The notes under the pieces are model-generated. The model did not search any database. It was not told where the DNA came from and was given only the letters and a program-made list of their open reading frames with translations. This document shows, in pieces, positions 9,197 through 18,008 of a DNA stretch of 41,492 bases. Position 1 is the first letter of the stretch. The number at the start of each line of letters is the position of its first letter. Made by a program: the position numbers and the translations under genes. The DNA comes from Candidatus Hadarchaeales archaeon (GTDB lineage: Archaea > Hadarchaeota > Hadarchaeia > Hadarchaeales > WYZ-LMO6): NCBI GenBank assembly GCA_038851755.1, contig JAWCKR010000011.1, positions 1-41,492 of the forward strand. Reading direction: 5' to 3'.

Positions 9197-9301
9197 CGCC
9201 GGGGCTGGGATTTGAACCCAGGAAGCGCGTAAGCGCTAACGGGTTAGCAACCCTTGGCGGGTCTTTCGACCTGTCGCCGTACCTGGCTGGGCCACCCCGG
9301 C
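9197..9301 (-). tRNA. tRNA-Ser(GCT) with a 19-nt intron at position 28/29 (intron 9254..9272)
   Basis: Acceptor GCCGGGG/CCCCGGC, discriminator G, long variable arm AGCGC-TTAC-GCGCT, T arm CTGGG-TTCAAAT-CCCAG. Removing AGGTCGAAAGACCCGCCAA restores the anticodon arm ACGGG-TTGCTAA-CCCGT. Confidence 0.93.
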
Positions 9302-9400
9302 TTATCCTCTTTCAGTTTCTCCCACTTTAACCCTATCGGGGCACCCGCTCGGAGAGCCGACGGGGGTGAGAAAGACCGAGGTCAGGGCGATCTGGTCAAG

Positions 9401-9796
9401 TTACTTCTTTTCCTTCTCCTCAGCTGGCTTCAGGAGTTCCTCCAGAGGTTTTTCTCCATATTTGATGACCTTGACGTTCAGCTGCTTGATGTCATCCGCC
9501 ACCACGCACCCGTGCACCCTCTTCCTCCTCCTCTCACCCCTCTTCCTGGGGTGGTATCCCGTACCCCCCGAGAGGAGGACCCTCTGGTGCCCGGGTCCTG
9601 GTGTATCCGCCCTCATGGGGAAGCCGTCCTTATCCGTCCCCCCCGTGATCTGGAGTTCGTACCCTGGCAGGCCCAGGAGGCCCCCGTCGAAGGAGTCCCC
9701 TATCCTCTTCCCTATCAGGGCCCTCGAAGAGGGCTCCTTCAGCTCCACCTGGTAGCTCTTTCCCGTTTTCGGGTCCCCTATCACCACCTTGAACAT
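9401..9796 (-). CDS. rps6e: 30S ribosomal protein S6e
   Basis: FKVVIGDPKTG, LIGKRIGD, ITGGTDKDGFPM, GERRRKRVHG. Confidence 0.97.
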   Translation of the reverse strand: MFKVVIGDPKTGKSYQVELKEPSSRALIGKRIGDSFDGGLLGLPGYELQITGGTDKDGFPMRADTPGPGHQRVLLSGGTGYHPRKRGERRRKRVHGCVVADDIKQLNVKVIKYGEKPLEELLKPAEEKEKK

Positions 9797-9821
9797 TCCT
9801 TAGGCTTGTGGGTTCCCCCGC

Positions 9822-9827
9822 TATATA
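9822..9827 (-). promoter_or_regulatory. TATA box for rps6e (probably leaderless mRNA)
   Basis: TATATA about 25 nt upstream of the ATG, with purine-rich BRE-like bases upstream of it. Confidence 0.5.
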
Positions 9828-9976
9828 GGTTCTCTCCACCTCAGGACCGGGGGGCCAACTTATTTATGTGGTTTCCGAGAAGAAAGAGTGAAGAGCGTGA
9901 TGGGGGTTGGGGGGATGTCGGAGATTAAATCGGGTCGGCTGAGTCCCTTCCACGCTCTACCGAGGGTATAAGGGAG

Positions 9977-10132
9977 ATGATAAGCCCGCCCACCTGGGAA
10001 AAGGTGAAGTGCCCTCTCTGCGATAAGAGAGTTTCCCTCCCTAACCTGGTTCCTCATCTCTACCGGGAGCACGAGCTGACCCTCTCTGAAGCCAGGGAGT
10101 TCCTCCAGAAGTTCGCGGGCTTGAAGTCCTGA
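9977..10132 (+). CDS. Small C2H2-type zinc-finger protein (51 aa)
   Basis: Below the ORF-track cutoff. MISPPTWEKVKCPLCDKRVSLPNLVPHLYREHELTLSEAREFLQKFAGLKS: C-x2-C-x11-H-x4-H. GAGGG and GGGAG purine runs upstream; stops 2 nt short of the convergent aIF5B stop. Confidence 0.75.
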   Translation: MISPPTWEKVKCPLCDKRVSLPNLVPHLYREHELTLSEAREFLQKFAGLKS

Positions 10133-10134
10133 GG

Positions 10135-11919
10135 TCACATCACCCCGTACGTGGGGTCCTCTCTCCGTTTGATGGAGAGGATTTCGTCCAGCACCTCCTG
10201 CTCGTCCCCGCTCAGCAGGTCCCTCAGGTCCCTCTGGAGCTTCAGCGCGTGGTCCCTGGGTATGTCCGTGAAGAGGATGTCTCCCTCCCGCACGTTCCTT
10301 CCGACCACCGCCTCCTCAATGGAGACTGCCAGCTCGTCCCCCCTCCTGGCCTCCTGCAGGCTCCTCTTCTCCTGCTGCATCTCCTTGATCCTCCCCACGG
10401 GCTTGCCGTCCTTCCTCATCACGGGATACTTGGGGCGGAGAATCCCCCCCAGCATGGAGATTCCCACGATGGCGGGTTCGCTCCTCCTGAACACGTATCC
10501 GGGCTTGAGGGAGAACTTGGCCGGCCTGATGAGCCCTTCCAGTTTCTTCTCCCTAACCTCCCTCTGCTTGGCCTCCCTCCACTTGTCGAACTCCTCCAGG
10601 AGCTCGTAAATCACCTTCCCGGAGAGGATCTCGACCCCGCTTTTGGAGGCCTCCTCCTCCGCGTCGGGGAGGATGGAGACGTTGAAGGCGAGCACCACCC
10701 CCAGCAGGGGATCGCTCTGGGAGACGGTGGAAGCCTCCACCACGTCCCTCCTGGAAACCTCTCCCACGTCGGCCCTCCTTATGGGCACCCCCTTTCCCCT
10801 CAGCTGTCCTTCCAGCGCCTCCAGAGAACCCAGGGTGTCGGCCTTCAGGACCACCCCGTTGATCTCCGAGGCTATCCTCACCCTCTTCATTTCCTCCTCC
10901 ACCTCCTCCCAGAACTTCTGGGCCTCGGAGGGCTCTCTTATCACCCGGAAGGGGGTGCCCGCCACCACACCCTCCAGCTGTGGAGCGGAGATCCTTACCC
11001 CGCTCGCGGCGGTCACGCTCTTCACCCTCTCGAAGCGGTCCTCAGGGTCCCTTATCTCGTCCAGGGGCTTGGGCTTGAGGATGGCCCTCACCCTCGAGAC
11101 CCTCACCCCCTCCCTCCCTACCACCGCGAAGAGGTCACCCACCGAGAGCCTCCCGTCGTAGAGGATCAGGTCCATCACCGTCCCCAGCCCGGTCTCCTCC
11201 TTGACCTCCAGCACGGTGCCCTTGCCTGGACCGGTGACCTCGATGGTCAGGGCCTCCCTGAGGAAGCGCTGGGCCAGCCCCGCCAGCACCACGAGGAGCT
11301 CGGCCAGACCCTCCCCCGTTCTCGCGCTTATGGGGACGATGGAAACCTGCTTTCTGAAGTCAGCCACCCTGTCGAAGCGCTCGGAGTCGAAACCCTGCCG
11401 GTGGAGCTCCCCCACCAGCTCGTAAATCCTCCGGTCCAGGAGCGCCTGGACCTCCACTCCCTGTCTGCGAAGGGACTGGAGGAAGCTGTGTTCGGTTCCA
11501 GGCTTCCACCCGGGAAGGAGGTCTATCTTGTTGGCCGCCACCATGAAGGGGGTCCTGTAGGTCCTCAGGATTTGAAGGGACTCTAGGGTCTGGGGCATGA
11601 AGCCCTCCTTCACGTCTACCACCAGGACCGCGAGGTCGGCGAGGCTCCCCCCCCTCTTCCTGAGGTTGGTGAAGGCCTCGTGACCGGGCGTGTCCACGAA
11701 GAGAAGGCCCGGCACCGCCAGTTCTATGCCCATCCTCTTCATCAGCTCCCCGCTGATTTTCCTGATGGCCTCCACGGGTACCTCGGAGGCCCCTATCCAC
11801 TGGGTGATCCTCCCCGGCTCCCTGGAGGCCACGGCGGTACCCCTTATGGTGTCCAGGAGGGTGGTCTTCCCGTGGTCCACGTGGCCCAGGATGGCTACGA
11901 TGGGGCACCTGAGGCTCAT
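10135..11919 (-). CDS. infB: Translation initiation factor aIF5B (IF2)
   Basis: GHVDHGKTT, ITQWIGA, DTPGHEAF, NKID, KADTLGSLEAL. No intein. Confidence 0.97.
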   Translation of the reverse strand: MSLRCPIVAILGHVDHGKTTLLDTIRGTAVASREPGRITQWIGASEVPVEAIRKISGELMKRMGIELAVPGLLFVDTPGHEAFTNLRKRGGSLADLAVLVVDVKEGFMPQTLESLQILRTYRTPFMVAANKIDLLPGWKPGTEHSFLQSLRRQGVEVQALLDRRIYELVGELHRQGFDSERFDRVADFRKQVSIVPISARTGEGLAELLVVLAGLAQRFLREALTIEVTGPGKGTVLEVKEETGLGTVMDLILYDGRLSVGDLFAVVGREGVRVSRVRAILKPKPLDEIRDPEDRFERVKSVTAASGVRISAPQLEGVVAGTPFRVIREPSEAQKFWEEVEEEMKRVRIASEINGVVLKADTLGSLEALEGQLRGKGVPIRRADVGEVSRRDVVEASTVSQSDPLLGVVLAFNVSILPDAEEEASKSGVEILSGKVIYELLEEFDKWREAKQREVREKKLEGLIRPAKFSLKPGYVFRRSEPAIVGISMLGGILRPKYPVMRKDGKPVGRIKEMQQEKRSLQEARRGDELAVSIEEAVVGRNVREGDILFTDIPRDHALKLQRDLRDLLSGDEQEVLDEILSIKRREDPTYGVM

Positions 11920-11975
11920 CGATGGATATCTCTACCTTTCTCTATAAGGAAGCAGCAAGTCCGGCACCGGGCAGT

Positions 11976-12188
11976 CTATGAGGTTCCTTTTTCCCCGCCC
12001 CGCGCCCCGCGCCCTTTCCTGTATTTCTCCGTCCACCTGGTCCAGTCGGGCCTTCTACCCAGCTTGAAGTTGCGCTCGCACTTGGAGGAGCAGAAGTAGA
12101 GGAGGCTCCCGTCCCTCCTCACGAACATGGTACCCGTGCCGGGGGCGACCTTCCCCCCGCAGAAGGAACAGCGGAAGCTGGCGGGCAT
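11976..12188 (-). CDS. rpl24e: 50S ribosomal protein L24e
   Basis: CSFCG...PGTGTMFVRRDG...FCSSKC...WT. Confidence 0.95.
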   Translation of the reverse strand: MPASFRCSFCGGKVAPGTGTMFVRRDGSLLYFCSSKCERNFKLGRRPDWTRWTEKYRKGRGARGGEKGTS

Positions 12189-12407
12189 TCAGGGCACCCT
12201 TATCTCCTTGGCTTCCCTCTCCGTTTCCCTGAGCGTCAGGATGTCCCCCACCTGGACGGGACCCCTCACGTTCCTGGTCAGAATCCTCCCCTTGTCGGGT
12301 CCCTCCAGCACCTTGCACCTCACCTGCTTGACCTCTCCCGTCACCCCAGTCCTTCCCTTGATCTGAAGTACCTCTGCTGGATAACCTAGTCTCTGCTCCT
12401 CAGGCAT
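12189..12407 (-). CDS. rps28e: 30S ribosomal protein S28e
   Basis: [35 protein letters not shown]. Confidence 0.97.
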   Translation of the reverse strand: MPEEQRLGYPAEVLQIKGRTGVTGEVKQVRCKVLEGPDKGRILTRNVRGPVQVGDILTLRETEREAKEIRVP

Positions 12408-12411
12408 TTTC

Positions 12412-12783
12412 TCATCGCTTCAGCTCTTTGAGCCTGGAGAGGATCTCCTTCACCAGGGGTGCGGCCTCCCCCTCCTCCACGATGGCCACGGCGGCCGAGG
12501 AGACCTCTATCCCGGAGGCGGCCCCCAGCTCCAGCTTCTTTGGCACGTACACGTAGGGGATGCCCTTCTCCTCGCACAGGAGGGGAAGGTGGGCCACCAC
12601 CTCCGGTGGGTCCACATCCTCCGCGATCACCACCAGCTTGGCCTGCCTGCGCTCCGCTGCCTTGACCGTCTCGTTCACCCCCTTCCTTATCTTCCCCGTC
12701 TTCCTGGCCTCCTCCACCGCATCGTATACCTTCTCGGCCAGGTCCTTCGGCACCTCGAAGCGCACGTAGATGGGTTTAGCCAC
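12412..12783 (-). CDS. rpl7ae: 50S ribosomal protein L7Ae
   Basis: [39 protein letters not shown]. Confidence 0.97.
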   Translation of the reverse strand: MAKPIYVRFEVPKDLAEKVYDAVEEARKTGKIRKGVNETVKAAERRQAKLVVIAEDVDPPEVVAHLPLLCEEKGIPYVYVPKKLELGAASGIEVSSAAVAIVEEGEAAPLVKEILSRLKELKR

Positions 12784-12789
12784 TCGATC

Positions 12790-12813
12790 ACCCTCCGCTT
12801 TCCCTCATCAGGT
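12790..12813 (-). promoter_or_regulatory. Kink-turn in the rpl7ae 5' UTR overlapping the Shine-Dalgarno sequence
   Basis: ACCU-GAU-GAGG-GAAAG-CGGA-GGGU: C-stem ACCU/GGGU, 3-nt bulge ending in U, tandem G.A pairs. TATA (TTTTTAAA) at 12835..12842. Confidence 0.7.
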
Positions 12814-12842
12814 CATACTATTAAGGGAGGTCGGTTTAAAAA

Positions 12843-13418
12843 CTATCGGGACTCCACTTTCTCGAAGTACCTCCGGAAGAGGGGACCCAGCTCCTCGGGA
12901 CCCCTCAGGATTTCCACCCCCTCCATCCTCCTGAGCCTCTTCACGTTCTCCACATCCTCCCTCCTTATCCTCAGCCTCAGCTCCTCGCCGCTGGGGAGCC
13001 TGGTGACGGTGAACCCCTCCTCCAGGTCGCAGGGCATCACGTACACGGGGACGGGGGGATGGACCTTCAGGGCCTGCAGGGCGGAGTTGGTGAGGAGGGA
13101 GTCCCCTATCCCCACCGCTATCTTGGCCACCGTGTTGGAGGTGGCAGGGGCGATCAGGAGGAAGCGGTAGGAGCCCCTCTGTAGGGCCCCGGCCAGGAAG
13201 GGCTGGTTGGGGCCCCGCTCCACCGAAAGCCTCCCGAAGGTCCCCTCCAGTTCCTCCCAGAGACCGTACATCCTCACCACCTCCTCCCCGGCCTTTGAAA
13301 GGAAGACCCGGATTTCCACCCTGCCTTCGTACTCCTTCGCCAGCCTTGCCATCTCCCCCACGATTTCCCTCAACCTGTCCCCGCTCCCGGTGATCCCCCA
13401 GGCCACCCTCTCAGCCAT
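12843..13418 (-). CDS. afpA: Archaeoflavoprotein AfpA (HFCD flavoprotein family)
   Basis: VAWGITGSG, FLSKAGEEVVRMYGL, IAPATSNTVAKIAVGIGDSLLTN, PVYVMPCD. Confidence 0.85.
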   Translation of the reverse strand: MAERVAWGITGSGDRLREIVGEMARLAKEYEGRVEIRVFLSKAGEEVVRMYGLWEELEGTFGRLSVERGPNQPFLAGALQRGSYRFLLIAPATSNTVAKIAVGIGDSLLTNSALQALKVHPPVPVYVMPCDLEEGFTVTRLPSGEELRLRIRREDVENVKRLRRMEGVEILRGPEELGPLFRRYFEKVESR

Positions 13419-13995
13419 ACCTGTTCAGCGCCTCCGCGAACCTCTTCAGGGTTTGCTCCAGGCTCCTCAGCCCCTCCTCGTCCCTTTCCGCTCCCTCCGG
13501 CAGGTCCCTGCTCCAGAAGGTGGCTCCCAGGTTGGCTCCAAAGGCCCCCCCGCTTACCGGAATCACCCCGTTGAGGAGGTAGAAGGTGTGGATTTGGAGG
13601 AGGGCCAGCTCCTGTCCACCCATCCTGTCCCCCCCCACCGCTATCCCCATCCCCACCTTTCCCCTCAGGGCTCCTGGGTGGGAGGCCAGGAGGGCCCTGG
13701 TGCGGTCCATCACGGTCTTGAGCTGTGCGCTGCAGCCCCCGTTGTACACGGGTGTGGCCAGGATGAGCCCCCTCGCCTCCAGCAGGTGTCCGTACAGCTC
13801 CTGCATGTCGTCCTCCAGCGCGCACTTTCGGTGCTTCAGGCAGAAGTCGCAGTGCCTGCAGTACCCCAGGTTCTTGCCCCTCACGGTGAAGAAGCGGGTG
13901 GAGAAACCCCTTTCCTCCAGCCCCTTCAGGGCTCTGAGCAGAACCCTTTCCGTGGACCCCATCCTGGGGCTTCCGCAGATTCCCAGGACCAGCAT
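13411..13995 (-). CDS. Iron-sulfur flavoprotein (Isf, flavodoxin-like)
   Basis: GICGSPR, compact Cys motif CRHCDFC-x5-C, ATPVYNG, GGDRMGGQE. Start set at ATG 13995; the longer ORF-track call overlaps gltX. Confidence 0.88.
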   Translation of the reverse strand: MLVLGICGSPRMGSTERVLLRALKGLEERGFSTRFFTVRGKNLGYCRHCDFCLKHRKCALEDDMQELYGHLLEARGLILATPVYNGGCSAQLKTVMDRTRALLASHPGALRGKVGMGIAVGGDRMGGQELALLQIHTFYLLNGVIPVSGGAFGANLGATFWSRDLPEGAERDEEGLRSLEQTLKRFAEALNRYG

Positions 13996-14000
13996 CCCCT

Positions 14001-15692
14001 CTACCTGTGTGCGAAGACGGCTGATATCTCCCTTCCGGTTTCCTCCACCCTGACGAACCCGTAGCGTTCGAACTGAACGATTTCTCCAGGCTTCACCCCC
14101 CTGAGGGCAGGCTCTCCCAGGCCCTCCTCCACGGAGCCGTCGGGCCTCAGCACCCTTACCCCCACGGGATTCCCGGACACCCACTGCACCTTGGGCACCC
14201 CAGGCAGGAGCTCCAGGCCCCGGAACTCGGCCTCCGGTGGCGACCTGGAGACCAGGGAGACGTTCATGAGGTCCTTCAACCTGAAGACCTCCCCCTCCCT
14301 GAAGGACTCCAGGTCGCCGGGGGGGAGGAAGACCAGCAGATATCCGTCCCGATAGAGGAGGGGAAGGCGGCGTTTACCCCTCTCGGGATGGGAAGGGTGA
14401 AGGGGGAGTTCCACCTCCTTGAGGTCAGGTGCACCCCTCACCCTCACCCAGACCCCGGAGGGGACGAAGAAGTACCTGAGGGCCAGGTCGTCCACGAGCT
14501 TCCGGTTGTGGGCCTCCAGGCTCTCCCAGCTGAGGGAGGAATCCACGGGGGTCAGACCCACCTCCAGGATCACCCTCCTTATGCTCTCGGGGAGGAAGCC
14601 CCTCCTCCTGAGGGCGGAGATCGTTCCCAGCCTCACGTCGTCGTAGCCCTTCAGCTCACCCCTCTCCACCGCCCTCACGATCTCCGTTTTGCTGAGCTTG
14701 CTTCCCGCCAGGTTGAGGCGTCCGTACTGCACCACGGTGGGGTACTCCCAGCCCAGCAGCTGGAAGAGGACGCGCTGTCTGGCCTCGTTGACCTCATGTT
14801 CCTTCCCCCTTATCACGTGGGTGATCCCCATCTCGTGGTCATCCACCGAGACGGAGAAGTTGTAGAGGGGCCACACACGGTACCTGTTCCCCACCCTGGG
14901 ATGGGTGGCCTCCACCACCCTGAAGGCGGGCCAGTCCCTCACGGCCGGGTTGGGGTGCTGGAGGTCCGTCTTCAGGCGCACCACCGCCCTCTCCTCTCCG
15001 TACTTACCCTCCCTCATCCCTCTCCACCTCTCGAGGTGCTCGGAGGGGGGGAGGTCCCTGCAGGGGCATGGCAGGCCCCTGTCCCTCCTCTCCTTGAACT
15101 CCTCGGCCCTGCACACGCACACGTACGCCTTCCCCTCCCCCAGCAGCCTCTCCGCCACCCCGTAGTAGAGCTCCAGCCGGTCGGACTGGAAGAACTCCTC
15201 GTCCCAGCTCATCCCCAGCCAGCGCAGGTCCTCCTTTATCCGCTCGTACATCTCCCCCCTGGCGTTGGCCGGGTTGGTGTCCTCGAACCTGAGGACGAAC
15301 TTCCCCCCGTACATGCGCGCGTACTCGTGGCTCAGGAGGGCAGCCCGCACGTGGCCCAGGTGCAGCGGCCCGTTGGGGTTGGGGGCGAACCTGGTGACCA
15401 CCCTTTCGTACTTCTCCACCTCAGGGAGTTCGGGAAGTCCCTTCCTCCTCTCCCTCCTCTCCCTGGGCCTCACCCCCAGCTCCTCCAGCTTCCTCACCTG
15501 CTCCTCGGGGGTCATCCCGTTCACCCCGGAGAGAACCTCCCTCACCAGGGGGAGGATCTCCTTCAGCCTGGGGCGCAGCTCCGGGAACTCCCCGGCGATC
15601 CTCCTCAGCACGGGGTCCAGCAGGGCCTTTCCCCCGTGCTCCACCGCGTTCTCCAGGGCCAGCCTGATCAGCCTGCTCCTGAGTTCCTCCAA
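14001..15692 (-). CDS. gltX: Glutamyl-tRNA synthetase (archaeal type)
   Basis: TRFAPNPNGPLHLGH, LRFEDTNP, THVIRGKEH, LSKT, QFERYGF. Confidence 0.97.
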   Translation of the reverse strand: MEELRSRLIRLALENAVEHGGKALLDPVLRRIAGEFPELRPRLKEILPLVREVLSGVNGMTPEEQVRKLEELGVRPRERRERRKGLPELPEVEKYERVVTRFAPNPNGPLHLGHVRAALLSHEYARMYGGKFVLRFEDTNPANARGEMYERIKEDLRWLGMSWDEEFFQSDRLELYYGVAERLLGEGKAYVCVCRAEEFKERRDRGLPCPCRDLPPSEHLERWRGMREGKYGEERAVVRLKTDLQHPNPAVRDWPAFRVVEATHPRVGNRYRVWPLYNFSVSVDDHEMGITHVIRGKEHEVNEARQRVLFQLLGWEYPTVVQYGRLNLAGSKLSKTEIVRAVERGELKGYDDVRLGTISALRRRGFLPESIRRVILEVGLTPVDSSLSWESLEAHNRKLVDDLALRYFFVPSGVWVRVRGAPDLKEVELPLHPSHPERGKRRLPLLYRDGYLLVFLPPGDLESFREGEVFRLKDLMNVSLVSRSPPEAEFRGLELLPGVPKVQWVSGNPVGVRVLRPDGSVEEGLGEPALRGVKPGEIVQFERYGFVRVEETGREISAVFAHR

Positions 15693-15702
15693 GTCTCTCC
15701 CT

Positions 15703-16701
15703 TTACACCCGGCGCTCGATTACGAACTCCGTCAGCTCCTCTAAAAAGCTGAGAGCCTCGGACCTGCGGAAGCCGCGGAGGAGTTCCCTGGCCCTGCCGG
15801 AGAACCTCAGCGCCCTCTCCTTGGTCTTCTCCAGGATGCCCCTCCCTTGCAGGAGGGAGATCACCCCTTCCACCTCCTCCCTGGGGGCCGCGGGATTCCC
15901 CAGCACCCTCAGAAGCTTCTTCCTCTCCTCCCCCCTGAGGGTCTGGAGGGCCAGGGAGACCACCAGCGTGCGTTTGCCCTCCAGGAGGTCGGAGCCCACG
16001 GGCTTGCCCAGTTCTCCCTTCTCCCCCACCAGGCCCAGGATGTCGTCCTGGATCTGGAAGGCTATTCCCAGGTTCTTCCCGTATTCCCCCAGCCTCCTCA
16101 CCTGGGAGGAGGTCCCTCCCCCCAGCAGGGCCCCGGCCGCGGCGGAGGCCCGCATGAGGGCCCCGGTCTTGAGGGCCACCATCTCCACGTATTCCTCCTC
16201 CCTCAAGCTCAGGCGCCGCGAGAAGAGCATGTCCAGGGCCTGCCCCCTGCTCAGCTCGAAGCTCGCCCTGCTCACGATCCCGAAGAGCTCAGCCGTCCTC
16301 TTTCCCTCCAGCTTTATCCTGGAGGCGTTGAGGGAGAGGGCCTCGAAGACCTTGGCGAAGAGGGCGTCCCCGGCGAGGATGGCCATGGGCTCCCCCCAGA
16401 GCCTGTGCACGGTCTTCACCCCCCTCCTGAGGTCAGCGTGGTCCATGATGTCGTCGTGGATGAGGGAGAAGGTATGGAGCAGCTCCAGGGCGGCGGCGGT
16501 CTCCAGCGCCCTCTCCGCCCTCCCCCCCACCACCTCGCAGCAGGCCAGGGTGAGGCAGGGGCGGAGCCTCTTCCCCCCAGCCTCCAGCAGGTGCCTGGAG
16601 GCCATGGCGAGCACCCTGGGCTTCATCCCCGGCGGGAGGAGCGCGCTGAGGGTCCTCTCCACCGCAGGGTTCCTTTTGCTGATGTACTCCAGGACGCTCA
16701 T
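15703..16701 (-). CDS. idsA: Geranylgeranyl diphosphate synthase / polyprenyl synthetase
   Basis: GGKRLRP, FSLIHDDIMD...RRG, KTGAL, FQIQDD, GKPVGSDL. Confidence 0.93.
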   Translation of the reverse strand: MSVLEYISKRNPAVERTLSALLPPGMKPRVLAMASRHLLEAGGKRLRPCLTLACCEVVGGRAERALETAAALELLHTFSLIHDDIMDHADLRRGVKTVHRLWGEPMAILAGDALFAKVFEALSLNASRIKLEGKRTAELFGIVSRASFELSRGQALDMLFSRRLSLREEEYVEMVALKTGALMRASAAAGALLGGGTSSQVRRLGEYGKNLGIAFQIQDDILGLVGEKGELGKPVGSDLLEGKRTLVVSLALQTLRGEERKKLLRVLGNPAAPREEVEGVISLLQGRGILEKTKERALRFSGRARELLRGFRRSEALSFLEELTEFVIERRV

Positions 16702-18008
16702 TCCGCCAGCCTCAGGGGTTTCCCGTTCTCCAGGAGGTGGAGGCGATCCTCCCCGTACCCCAGCTCCCTTCCCAGCCTCATCATGGCCTCCAGCTTCTCG
16801 GGGGTCCCGTGGCAGGGCAGGAGGTGTTTGGGGGAAAGGGCCCGCAGGAACTCGGCCGTGTCGGCCCTGGCGGCGTGGCCGGAGACGTGCACATCCCGGT
16901 GTATCCTGGCGCCCTGGACCAGCAGCTTGGTCTCCAGGATGCTCCTGTTGTTCTGGTTGATGGGATTGGGGATGACGCTGGCCGAGAAGATCACCTGGTC
17001 CCCGTCCTGGAGGCGGAAGGGCAGCTTCCTGTCCGCTATTTTGCTGAGCACGGAGGTGGGCTCCCCCTGGTGGCCCGTGCAGATCAGCACGTAGTCCCCC
17101 CTGGAGCCGTTGGCCTTCTTCAGGAACTTCTTGATGGGGCCGGGTGAGCCGTGCACGGGGAGGTCGTGGGGCAGGTGGGGCAGGTTGAGCTCCACGGCGG
17201 CGGAGAAGTAGTTCTTCATGGACCTTCCCACCAGGACGGGTGTCCTCCCCAACCCCTCGGAGATCTCCACGATGGATCTTATCCTGGTCAGGTGTGAGGA
17301 GAAGGTGGTGACCAGCAGGGCCCTGCCGTCCTTGTCCGCCTTCTCCATGGTTTCCTCCAGCATCTCCCTGGCCTTTGCCTCGCTACCCGTGGGCCCCGGT
17401 TCGTCCACCCTCACCGCTCCCACCAGTGCGGCCTCCAGTCCGTCTCCCACCTTTTTCTTCAGTTCCTCCAGGTCGGTGGGCGGGCCCAGGAGGGGCGTCT
17501 CGTCGAGCTTGAAGTCGGTGGCCAGGAGGAGGGAGCGCTCCCCTTCCCTCAGGAGCAGGAAGACGGTCTGGGGGATGCTGTGGTTGGCGTGCAGGAACTC
17601 CACCTCCAGGTCCCCCACCTCCACCCTCTCCCCTGGCTTCACGGGGACCAGCTCCAGCTTCTCCTCTCCCAGCACCAGGCGCTTCACCAGCTCCAGCGTG
17701 AAGGGAGTGCCGTAGAGGGGCGCCCGGTAGGGACGGGCCAGCTTTCCCACCGCCCCGATGTGGTCCAGGTGGCCGTGGGTGAGGAAGATGGCCTTCACCT
17801 CCTTCTTCCTCAGGGGGCGGTCGTCGGGGATGGCGCTCACCCTCACCAGCTCCTCCAGGCTCATCTCCGCCAGGTTGGCATCCTCGAAGGCCTGAATGGC
17901 GTCCAGCCTCACCCCCATGTCCACCACCACGTACCCGTCGCCGAAGCTCACGGCCGTCATGTTCCTGCCCACCTCCCCCAGCCCGCCCAGCGGAAGCACC
18001 TCAAGCAC
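16698..18008 (-). CDS. rnj: Archaeal RNase J (beta-CASP)
   Basis: [40 protein letters not shown]. Confidence 0.93.
   Translation of the reverse strand: MLEVLPLGGLGEVGRNMTAVSFGDGYVVVDMGVRLDAIQAFEDANLAEMSLEELVRVSAIPDDRPLRKKEVKAIFLTHGHLDHIGAVGKLARPYRAPLYGTPFTLELVKRLVLGEEKLELVPVKPGERVEVGDLEVEFLHANHSIPQTVFLLLREGERSLLLATDFKLDETPLLGPPTDLEELKKKVGDGLEAALVGAVRVDEPGPTGSEAKAREMLEETMEKADKDGRALLVTTFSSHLTRIRSIVEISEGLGRTPVLVGRSMKNYFSAAVELNLPHLPHDLPVHGSPGPIKKFLKKANGSRGDYVLICTGHQGEPTSVLSKIADRKLPFRLQDGDQVIFSASVIPNPINQNNRSILETKLLVQGARIHRDVHVSGHAARADTAEFLRALSPKHLLPCHGTPEKLEAMMRLGRELGYGEDRLHLLENGKPLRLAE

Noticed and set aside
9860-10138. 92-aa minus-strand ORF overlapping the aIF5B stop
   Set aside because: No motif. 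The plus-strand C2H2 ORF with its own promoter-like element explains the region better, though this ORF is not formally excluded.
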